DNA of 31,824 nt, taken from the IMG/VR virus record IMGVR_UViG_3300044678_001816, positions 1 through 31,824 of that record; one strand, given 5' to 3'. Source of the DNA: a virus (taxonomy: Duplodnaviria; Caudoviricetes). The notes beneath the pieces are model-generated. The model was not told the origin of the DNA. It searched no databases and saw only the letters and a program-made list of their open reading frames with translations. How positions within the stretch are numbered: the first letter of the stretch is position 1; each line of letters opens with the position of its first letter. Shown piece after piece: positions 15,780-23,532 of this stretch. The translations under genes and the position numbers were made by a program.

Positions 15780-16086
15780 AAAGCACATTCATACGTACGA
15801 GCGTCGCAAAACACCGAAAGGTGCTAACGACAAGCAAGTATACTATCGCTGCTTAGATCCAGAATGTTCGCACCGTATCGTTCGTGAGGATTTATTTGGA
15901 AAGCGCGCACAATGTCCGTTCTGTGGCGATCCTTACATATTAGATCCTCGCAAACTTCGCTTGAAACTTCCACATTGCGGCTGTCGTGGTCTGGAAACAA
16001 AGCCCGAGATTGATACAGACGAATTGATGGAGCAAATCCTCAAACTACAACAGGAGAAATTTAACAAAGATGCCCTTAGTGAGTAG
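15769..16086 (+). CDS. Cys/His-rich zinc-binding protein
   Basis: HIH, CLDPEC, CPFC, HCGC; GGAG SD. Confidence 0.75.
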   Translation: MPSKKHIHTYERRKTPKGANDKQVYYRCLDPECSHRIVREDLFGKRAQCPFCGDPYILDPRKLRLKLPHCGCRGLETKPEIDTDELMEQILKLQQEKFNKDALSE

Positions 16087-16897
16087 CCTAGAATCTTCGA
16101 ATCTGACAGTCGGATTATTTGTTGGTCCGTCCGGCGCTGGAAAGACTTGTGCAATTGCAAGTTATGCCGCGTTAGGTCCAATGTATATATTTGATTTTGA
16201 CGGACGCATGGCTGGTATGTTGGGCCAGCGTTCCGTACTTGGCGAACACTTCAAGAACATCGAATATGATCGCTATGATATTAGCAAGGGCTTTCTTGAA
16301 GTCGATAAACGCTTAGATGTTCTAGTAGCACAGGCGCAAAACAATTCTCTCAAGTACAAAACCATCGTGTTTGAATCCCTTCCCACGATGATTAACTCAT
16401 TCATGGAAATGGCAGTGCAACTCGAAGGTGTTAAGTCCGCTGGCATTCCGTCGCGTCTAGTTGGTGGCGTTCATATGCTGTCGCCGCAACATTACAATTG
16501 GGCGTCGCGAGCGTTCCGTGATTTAGTATACAATGGATTACGCCGATTAGTTGGTTGCAACGTCATTGTATCTGGGTGGACGGTGGATCAATGGGGAAAA
16601 CGCATCATTAAGAAGAGTGACGGTAGCGAATCCGTCGATGAATACGGTCCCAAGGAAGTTATCGGACGTAAACTACTTCTAACTGAGAAGATAGCCGAAG
16701 AAGTTCCGGGCTATTTTGACGAAGTATACGAATTTGACAAACAAGATACGGGATTGCCTTCGCAGCCCACAAAGTTTGTCTGCAAGTTTCGCAGCTCGAT
16801 TGCGAAAACCGCGCATGAAAACTATCCTAATTGGATTGATTTCACGAACAAGAGTTTTCACGCGGAATTAAATAAACTAACCTCAAAGGAAAAATAG
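16070..16897 (+). CDS. P-loop ATPase, AAA_24/Sak4-like recombination protein
   Basis: GPSGAGKT, IFDFDG, TIVFES, PGYFDEV; lies between nuclease and SSB-like genes. Confidence 0.85.
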   Translation: MPLVSSLESSNLTVGLFVGPSGAGKTCAIASYAALGPMYIFDFDGRMAGMLGQRSVLGEHFKNIEYDRYDISKGFLEVDKRLDVLVAQAQNNSLKYKTIVFESLPTMINSFMEMAVQLEGVKSAGIPSRLVGGVHMLSPQHYNWASRAFRDLVYNGLRRLVGCNVIVSGWTVDQWGKRIIKKSDGSESVDEYGPKEVIGRKLLLTEKIAEEVPGYFDEVYEFDKQDTGLPSQPTKFVCKFRSSIAKTAHENYPNWIDFTNKSFHAELNKLTSKEK

Positions 16898-16898
16898 C

Positions 16899-17108
16899 AT
16901 GACTCAAGAACAAGACGCTTTGCTACAACGCGCTGGATACTTCGATATCGTTCCTACGCTCTCGTGCTCTGAAGAGTTTATCGACGACAATCCGATAGAA
17001 CACGACGATATCTTGGAAGACTTCATCGAAGATGATGAAGATGAAGATGAAGACGAAGACGATGAAGACTTTTTTGCCGACGATGACGAGGATGAAACCA
17101 TCGGCTAA
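16899..17108 (+). CDS. highly acidic small protein (69 aa)
   Basis: 32 of 69 residues are D/E, one R, no K; AAGGA SD. Confidence 0.7.
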   Translation: MTQEQDALLQRAGYFDIVPTLSCSEEFIDDNPIEHDDILEDFIEDDEDEDEDEDDEDFFADDDEDETIG

Positions 17109-17173
17109 CAATTTTCGCTCTGCGGAGCGAATCGCCCGAAAGGGAACTTTAACTAAAAAGGAAAACAATTAAA

Positions 17174-17575
17174 ATGCCTATTCTGAACATTACTCAAGAA
17201 GATACTAACAGACTGAAGAAGGTTGATCGCGGCTGGTACCTCAGCGAGATTACCAACGTCACCGCCAAGCAGAGCAAGAAAGGCGGCTTGAACTTTACCT
17301 ACGAGTTCAAAGTTGTTGACGAAAACACGCCGATGAATGGTCGCTATGGTTACCGGATTATTCCGTCGGAATATCCCGGCCTGCATTTTCCGATCATTTC
17401 TGCGGCGATGAAGATTTCGACTGATTCGATCGAGATGGGCGGCTTCGACACCGACACTTTGATCGGTAAGCGTCTCTTTGTTAAGTACGAGGAGGAAGTT
17501 AATCCTACTAACCAGCAGGTTAACTCCGGCGTTCCTACCGCTTATTCTCCGGAAGATAAAGTTCCGGTCAACTAA
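17174..17575 (+). CDS. single-stranded DNA-binding protein-like (DUF669 type)
   Basis: GWYLSEITNV...SKKG...FDTDTLIGK pattern; position after Sak4-like ATPase; strong SD and own terminator. Confidence 0.65.
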   Translation: MPILNITQEDTNRLKKVDRGWYLSEITNVTAKQSKKGGLNFTYEFKVVDENTPMNGRYGYRIIPSEYPGLHFPIISAAMKISTDSIEMGGFDTDTLIGKRLFVKYEEEVNPTNQQVNSGVPTAYSPEDKVPVN

Positions 17576-17585
17576 CTAGGAGGAC

Positions 17586-17610
17586 GGGGCGCTTCGGCGC
17601 CCCTATTTTT
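17586..17610 (+). terminator. intrinsic terminator
   Basis: GGGGCGC-TTCG-GCGCCCC-TATTTTT. Confidence 0.9.
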
Positions 17611-17931
17611 ATGACTAGATCGCCTCTTTATGACGCAATTCATTATCATGGCGAACCCGAGAATCGCCCTAAAAGAACTAAAGTAGCTAATGTACCGAAG
17701 CGCGGTAATCAAGAAGAACTTTTTGCGCACCTAACTTTTATAGACGAGCCGACGCTAGAAGACTTTACAACGCTCTCTTCATTGAAAGGTGGCGCCGCAT
17801 TTATAGCGAGAGTTATTGGACTCTCCCTGGGAACCGTTCAACAAATGAAATACGTTGGTTACACCACGCGGTATTGGCACAGATACTTGGAGGCTAGAAG
17901 TGTTGAGCGTGCTAGAAATAAAGTATCCTGA
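17611..17931 (+). CDS. hypothetical protein with helix-turn-helix-like segment
   Basis: AAFIARVIGLSLGTVQQM resembles an HTH. Confidence 0.6.
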   Translation: MTRSPLYDAIHYHGEPENRPKRTKVANVPKRGNQEELFAHLTFIDEPTLEDFTTLSSLKGGAAFIARVIGLSLGTVQQMKYVGYTTRYWHRYLEARSVERARNKVS

Positions 17932-18211
17932 TAGCGTCGCCCTAGATCTCAAAGAACTAGCTGAGTTTCGCATGTTCTTGCAGCGCATGATGGACCGACG
18001 CGTTGTAGGATTCTTGCGGTATGGCCATGCAACTTCTAGGCAGAAGTATCTGACGAGGTTAAAGAAAGAACTCAAAGCGTATGAGCAACATGGCAATTAC
18101 GAGCAATTAATTAACATCGCAAACTATGCGGCGCTTGAAGGCATGGCTCCACAGCATCTAAAATTCCACTTCGATCCGACAGTACTTTCAGTAACTAGGA
18201 TTGAAGAATAA
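17900..18211 (+). CDS. conserved phage helical protein, possibly nucleotide pyrophosphohydrolase-like
   Basis: GGAGG SD before GTG 17900; GFLRYG, GNYEQLINIANYAALE, HFD pattern. Function is a guess. Confidence 0.6.
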   Translation: MLSVLEIKYPDSVALDLKELAEFRMFLQRMMDRRVVGFLRYGHATSRQKYLTRLKKELKAYEQHGNYEQLINIANYAALEGMAPQHLKFHFDPTVLSVTRIEE

Positions 18212-18303
18212 TAACAAGGAGGAACGAGGTTAAGAAGCTAACGTAACATTCCCGACAGCCCCGTTGCTAACACCAGCGGGGCGAGCTAATCTATGGAGAA
18301 CAA

Positions 18304-18621
18304 ATGCTTAAACTAGAAATGCAACTAGCTGTTGATCCGAAATTCTTCAAGAAGTTGCCTTGGAGAGAACAAGTACAAACTATAAAGAAACTGTTGGACG
18401 AAGGAACTACAAAAGAAGACCTTGTAATTCTGCTTAATACAACTATGCGTTGGGTAAACGACGTTATTTGCGTGGCTAACTACTGGACAATCTGTAAGCA
18501 CGCAGAATCGTTACAACAAGCAGTGCGTACTGCGAATCTAAGAAAGGCGCAAGAAAAGCGCCGTAACATGGAGAAATTAGCAAGTGAAGCTCCTTCAATC
18601 ACACGGACAATCCTCAGCTAA
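18304..18621 (+). CDS. ParB-like helix-turn-helix fragment
   Basis: LPWREQVQTIKKLLDEGTTKEDLVILLNTTMRWVNDVI resembles the ParB/Spo0J HTH region; no N-terminal CTPase domain. Confidence 0.45.
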   Translation: MLKLEMQLAVDPKFFKKLPWREQVQTIKKLLDEGTTKEDLVILLNTTMRWVNDVICVANYWTICKHAESLQQAVRTANLRKAQEKRRNMEKLASEAPSITRTILS

Positions 18622-21007
18622 TGTGATGTTAGTTGGAGATTATCCAACGCAAAAAGAATATGAAGACGGCAAAGCCTTGATTGGGGGATCTTCGGATCTT
18701 CTGTCAAGGCTTTTGGCGTCTATAGGCATATCATTTCAAGCCGCTTGGAAGACAAGTTATTTTAAGGTACCGATTCCTGGTTTTGGTTCACCCGACCGAA
18801 AAGTACAAAACGAAGCCTTGAAACAAGCAAGGGCAATTGCAAATTGGCGTGAAATCCTTAGCAATGAAATACGTTCCGTTAACCCGAACGTTATTATCGC
18901 TCTGGGCGAACTTGCAATGAACAATCTCACTGGGCAGACTAAAATTGGCTTGCGGGCTGGTAGTTGGTACCCAACGGCAAGTGACTTTGGATTCGAAGAA
19001 CCGTTTCGCGTACTTCCAATTCTAGCCCCGCGAGATATTTACGCAGACTGGAAGCAGTTTACGTTAGCCAAAGCGGATCTATCCAAGGTAAAGCCTTATT
19101 TGCAAGCAAAACGTCCGATCGTTGAGGACTACAGGCTATATATTGTACGCAATCCAAACGCGCTAGCGGAATTCTTTCGTAGAAACGCGCACGAGCCGTT
19201 CGTTGTGTTCGATATCGAGACGTACCGTAACATTATTACTTGCATTGGCTTTGCGTTCAACGAGAAAGAAGCGATTAGCGTACCATTGCACGATAAAACT
19301 ATTCCACCGATGGAACGCGCAATGATGTGGCGACTAGTTTGGGAGCTTCTAGCAAGTAATGTTCCCAAAGTCAACCAAAATATCAAGTTTGACTGGATGC
19401 GTTTGCAGCAACACTCCTTTATTGTTAACAACATTATCGGAGATACAATGCTGCGAGCGTCAACATTGTATCCAGAGTTCCCGAAAGGACTCGATTTCCT
19501 AACGCGAATCTACACAAACATAGGATATTACAAGGATGAAGGCAAGGAATACGATCCTAAATTACATGACTTCGATCGTATGCTATTATATAATGCTAAG
19601 GATTGTGTTGCTACCCTTAGAGTTTATAACGAGCAAGAGAAGGAAATCAAAGAGCTAAAGCTACAAAAGATCAACACGCTACTTCAAAAAGCGTTCTTTG
19701 TATATAAGCGTTTGGAGAATCGCGGAATTTGCATCGACGATTCGATTCGCACTGAGTTGATCGAGAAATACGACTCGCTGATTGCGATGAACGAAGCTAC
19801 GTTGAATAGCGTAGCAGGGCATAAAGTCAATGTCAATTCGCCGCTGCAGGTTGGGACGTTAATATATGAAGATCTCAAATGCCCAAAGCGTCTGAAATAC
19901 AGTTCAGGTAAAACGTCTTACAAAACAGGCAAAGTAGATCTAGAAGAGTTGTATATTAATGTCATCGAAGACGAAAGCGTGGCCGAGGTTCTAAAGAAGA
20001 TTCTTCTTATTCGCAAGTTGTACAAAATTCGTCAGTTTCTTGACGCGATTGTGCATCCCGATGGAAAGATGCGAACGTCTTATAGGCTTTCTGGCACCAC
20101 TTCCGGGCGTACTGCAACGGGAACTTCATCCGATTATATTCTTGTGGGCGAGCCTGGAAGCTATTCATGGGAAAACATGGGATTAAGTTTCCAGCAGATT
20201 CCTAAGCACGGTTTTGAGTTTGGAAACGAGACTTATGGCAAAGACATCCGCCGTTGTTACGTACCGTCCCCAGGCTATGAGTTCATCGAAATTGACTTAT
20301 CTCAGGCCGAGGCTCGCGTCGTAGATGTTCTTGCAAACGATTACGAATCTCTAGCAGAATACGAGATACTCGACAAGCACTGGAAAATGGCTAAGCTATG
20401 TTTTCCAGAGTTGGGAGAATATAACAAGAAAGACCCCGCACTAGTTCGCAAGCGTCAAATCGGTAAGACTGGAAAACACGCTAGCAACTATGACGAATCG
20501 CCTTTCGCGTTTGCAATGCGTATGCACATGCCCGTACGTGAAGCTACTAAAATTCTTACTGCGATTAGGCAAGGCAACCCTAAAATAGCTAACGTCTTTC
20601 ACGCAGAAGTACGCAAAGCGTTAGATAATACCAGAACGTTACGAACTGGATTCGGGCGTCGGCGCGAGTTTTTCGATCGCATCACGCCAGAAACCTACAA
20701 AGAAGCATACGCTTACATTCCACAAGGTATGCTAAGCGATCACGTTAAGTTTAATATCCTTTGCAATCTCGAAGAAAATACTAGTGAATTTGCTAGGCCG
20801 TTGGTCGAGTGGCATGACTCGATTCTTAGCGAAGTAAAAATCGGCTATCGCGAACCATACATCCGCGAGTTCAAACGCCTAGCAGCAACGCCAATTACAT
20901 TCTTGGAGGGAACTTTTATTCGCGATCACCCATTAGTCATACCAATTGAAGCTGAAGTTGGAAATAGCTGGTATGACCTGAAGGGGATTTCGATAGATGG
21001 CATTTAA
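18584..21007 (+). CDS. family A DNA polymerase with N-terminal uracil-DNA-glycosylase-like domain and 3'-5' exonuclease
   Basis: Exo motifs FDIET, NIKFD, YNAKD; TTSGR; motif A DLSQAEARV; motif B RQIGKTGKHASNY; motif C WHDS; N-terminal VMLVGDYP...PNVIIALGELA. Confidence 0.95.
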   Translation: MKLLQSHGQSSANVMLVGDYPTQKEYEDGKALIGGSSDLLSRLLASIGISFQAAWKTSYFKVPIPGFGSPDRKVQNEALKQARAIANWREILSNEIRSVNPNVIIALGELAMNNLTGQTKIGLRAGSWYPTASDFGFEEPFRVLPILAPRDIYADWKQFTLAKADLSKVKPYLQAKRPIVEDYRLYIVRNPNALAEFFRRNAHEPFVVFDIETYRNIITCIGFAFNEKEAISVPLHDKTIPPMERAMMWRLVWELLASNVPKVNQNIKFDWMRLQQHSFIVNNIIGDTMLRASTLYPEFPKGLDFLTRIYTNIGYYKDEGKEYDPKLHDFDRMLLYNAKDCVATLRVYNEQEKEIKELKLQKINTLLQKAFFVYKRLENRGICIDDSIRTELIEKYDSLIAMNEATLNSVAGHKVNVNSPLQVGTLIYEDLKCPKRLKYSSGKTSYKTGKVDLEELYINVIEDESVAEVLKKILLIRKLYKIRQFLDAIVHPDGKMRTSYRLSGTTSGRTATGTSSDYILVGEPGSYSWENMGLSFQQIPKHGFEFGNETYGKDIRRCYVPSPGYEFIEIDLSQAEARVVDVLANDYESLAEYEILDKHWKMAKLCFPELGEYNKKDPALVRKRQIGKTGKHASNYDESPFAFAMRMHMPVREATKILTAIRQGNPKIANVFHAEVRKALDNTRTLRTGFGRRREFFDRITPETYKEAYAYIPQGMLSDHVKFNILCNLEENTSEFARPLVEWHDSILSEVKIGYREPYIREFKRLAATPITFLEGTFIRDHPLVIPIEAEVGNSWYDLKGISIDGI

Positions 21008-22190
21008 TTACATAGACTACTTCCTTCAGTACACGCAAAGTGCCGAATCTCCAACGGACTTTTTTCGTTGGAGCGCTTTGGTAACTTTGGCGGCCGTTGC
21101 GCGCGATAGCATTTATCACGAGCATTTGTTAAAGCGCACCTATCCTAACCTGTATGTTGTGTTATACGCAAAGTCTGGTGCGGCTAGAAAGTCTGTTCCA
21201 TGCGATATTGCGTACAAGCTAATTCGCGAAGTTAACAATACGACTTGCATCGCTGGGCGAACGTCGATTCAATATGCGATCAAGAGGCTTAGCGAAGGCT
21301 TTACAACGGATCAAGGTGTTGTGATTACTGGGGCTTCTGGCTTTTTATACTCAGAAGAACTTAGTAGTTTCATCGTGAAAGACGACCATACTATTGACTT
21401 GTTAACGACTCTATTTGATTACCATGAAAAATGGGAGTCGTCTACAATTACGGGCGATACTAAAAAACTTGAAAACGTTTGTTTAACTCTGCTAGCCGGA
21501 ACTAACGACGCACTATTCGCCAAGGTCTACAACAAAGATGCAGCTTATGGCGGATTATTAGGGAGGACGTTAATTATAAAGGGCGACAAAGCTAGACTAA
21601 AAAACTCGCTCATGTACCGCAATGGTGCAGAATTGTCGCGAGATCCTTTAATAAATCACTTGCGTAAGATATCTAGACTTCGCGGGCCGATGAAGTTCTC
21701 CGACGAAGCGGCTGAATACTACGATAAGTGGTACAATGAAACGGACTTCTTTAAGCACGATAGCGAAACTGGGCTAGAAGCGCGATTGCATACGCATGTG
21801 TTAAAAGTAGCAGTCTTGTTGGCTTTGGCGCAAGAACCAATTCGCATGGAAGTACAACGCGAACACGTTGTTGAAGCAATAGACTTGATTCTGGAATTGT
21901 TACCTAACTATAGGTTATTTGGCAATAGCTCTGGATCTGCGCCAGAAGCAATGCAAACTGCAATGATCTTGCAGGAGTTACTTAGACAACAAGGGCGTCC
22001 CGTAACCAGAAAAGCCTTGATTCGTCGTTACTTTGGTGAAATAAACATTTCTATGTTTGACTCCATCAAAGCTACGCTAGCTGAGGCAGGGCTAATTGAA
22101 TTAGAACGTGATAGTATAGGAAATGAGACGCTGCGAGCGTCGAGCGAGGCAATTGAAACTTACATCAACAAAAGAAAAACCGGTGCTTAG
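20997..22190 (+). CDS. DUF3987/YfjI-type P-loop ATPase, probable replicative helicase
   Basis: ESP..F..W, YPNLYVVLYAKSGAARKS, SEELSSF, GGLLGR; directly after polymerase. Confidence 0.8.
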   Translation: MAFNYIDYFLQYTQSAESPTDFFRWSALVTLAAVARDSIYHEHLLKRTYPNLYVVLYAKSGAARKSVPCDIAYKLIREVNNTTCIAGRTSIQYAIKRLSEGFTTDQGVVITGASGFLYSEELSSFIVKDDHTIDLLTTLFDYHEKWESSTITGDTKKLENVCLTLLAGTNDALFAKVYNKDAAYGGLLGRTLIIKGDKARLKNSLMYRNGAELSRDPLINHLRKISRLRGPMKFSDEAAEYYDKWYNETDFFKHDSETGLEARLHTHVLKVAVLLALAQEPIRMEVQREHVVEAIDLILELLPNYRLFGNSSGSAPEAMQTAMILQELLRQQGRPVTRKALIRRYFGEINISMFDSIKATLAEAGLIELERDSIGNETLRASSEAIETYINKRKTGA

Positions 22191-22374
22191 GCAAGGTGAT
22201 ACGTATGAGCGCCCCAACAAAGATGGAACATTAGCCCGTCGACTAATTTATCGCTTTGACGCGGATTGGGTTTGGTATTATAACGAACGAGGTTGTTGGG
22301 GAGCGTCTACGAAAGAGTTTCTAAATTGGTTACAAAAAGCAAAACTTGCAAAGGATATAAATAACCATGGATAG
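22183..22374 (+). CDS. hypothetical protein
   Basis: GTG overlapping previous stop; aromatic beta-rich sequence. Confidence 0.6.
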   Translation: MLRQGDTYERPNKDGTLARRLIYRFDADWVWYYNERGCWGASTKEFLNWLQKAKLAKDINNHG

Positions 22375-22627
22375 CCGCATTACACGCAACCATAATATAC
22401 TTGACTTATTAGTTTATGGAAAAACTGACTTACTGGCTTGTGGAAACTGTAGGATATGTCAAAAACATGTTCAATTTCCAGTTAATAAAATGCAGTACGA
22501 GTGGTGGAGACGGGGGATGCCTGTGCAGAACGCATTTCCTGAGATGAGCGCTGGGAACAGAGAGTTTCTAATATCACGAACTTGCGAAACTTGTTTTGAT
22601 AAAATGTTTGAGGAGGAAGAAGAATGA
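22367..22627 (+). CDS. zinc-binding hypothetical protein
   Basis: CRIC...VQNAFPEMSAGNREFLISRTCETCFD. Confidence 0.75.
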   Translation: MDSRITRNHNILDLLVYGKTDLLACGNCRICQKHVQFPVNKMQYEWWRRGMPVQNAFPEMSAGNREFLISRTCETCFDKMFEEEEE

Positions 22628-22908
22628 AAGAAATCACCACTATTATTGGCCTAACCGGAAGGTTTGGAGGTGAGTGCCCGGTCCAAGGATACGGCGAAAT
22701 TGACGGCAAGCATTGGTATTTCCGTGCGCGGTGTGACTACTGGAGTTTTGAAGTTTACGAAAATCTAAATAGAAAGACTGTTTATTGGAAGTACGGTGAA
22801 GATTATGGTTCGGAATACGATGCCTCGTATATGCCAGACGAAGATGTCTTAAATTGCCTTGAAAAGTCAGTGAATATGTATTTAGTTACTGAGGATAAAA
22901 ATAAATGA
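22624..22908 (+). CDS. hypothetical protein
   Basis: GAGGAGG SD, ATGA overlap; CPVQGYGEIDGKHWYFRAR. Confidence 0.8.
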   Translation: MKEITTIIGLTGRFGGECPVQGYGEIDGKHWYFRARCDYWSFEVYENLNRKTVYWKYGEDYGSEYDASYMPDEDVLNCLEKSVNMYLVTEDKNK

Positions 22909-22948
22909 AACGACTAACAGATAACGAACTCGACGCGCGGGGTGCGAA

Positions 22949-23335
22949 ATGATTACATTTTGCGATTGTGATAGTCCATTGTCGGATTCACGCGGCTGGT
23001 GCAGCAATTGCGGCGGCCGACTCGGGGAAGACGAGCGAGATAACGAAATTAGTAATTTGCGTACCCGCATCGCCGATCTAGAGGCAGAGCGGGACAGCCT
23101 GAAGATTGAGGTCGAGCGTCTCCTGGTGTCGAAGTACTTTACTCGATGCCGTGAAGGTGCGGTTGACCATTGCTCCGGCTGTGCCACTTGGGGCGACGAT
23201 GGACAAGGTAACGTCGGCGGTAAGCCCGTCCATCCGCCTTGCAGTTGTGGCGCATCGTGGAATTGGGCGAAAAAGATGGAGGCCGAGCGGGACGCGGCAA
23301 TGAGCCTGCTTCGAAAGTTGATTCATGAAGCGTGA
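22949..23335 (+). CDS. Cys-rich/coiled-coil hypothetical protein
   Basis: Several Cys pairs and a heptad segment; coupled through a 15-aa ORF at 22905-22952. Confidence 0.65.
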   Translation: MITFCDCDSPLSDSRGWCSNCGGRLGEDERDNEISNLRTRIADLEAERDSLKIEVERLLVSKYFTRCREGAVDHCSGCATWGDDGQGNVGGKPVHPPCSCGASWNWAKKMEAERDAAMSLLRKLIHEA

Positions 23336-23352
23336 GGTGAGAAATAAATAAA

Positions 23353-23532
23353 ATGTCAACAATAGAAATAGTTCGGGATAGAAATGTATTTTATTACCAC
23401 GAACCACTAGCCCTTGAGCCAAGTATTTGGGACTTGTGGCTACGGAAACAAAAAGAGCGCCCAGGTTCAGGCGCTCTTGAAAAACACAAAAAATTGTTGA
23501 AAAAGAAGTTAAAGACTATTCTTGCACTTTAG
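23353..23532 (+). CDS. possible 59-aa basic protein (MSTIEIVRDRN...)
   Basis: GAGGTG upstream; fills the gap and overlaps the convergent gene by 17 nt. Confidence 0.3.
   Translation: MSTIEIVRDRNVFYYHEPLALEPSIWDLWLRKQKERPGSGALEKHKKLLKKKLKTILAL
23446..23478 (-). terminator. intrinsic terminator of late operon
   Basis: AAGAGCGCC/GGCGCTCTT stem with T-rich tail on the minus strand, at the convergence point. Confidence 0.75.

Noticed and set aside
17112-17143. Two small hairpins (TTCGCTC/GAGCGAA and CCC-GAAA-GGG) as an ncRNA or riboswitch
   Set aside because: Too short to assign; probably mRNA-stabilising stems for the SSB-like gene.
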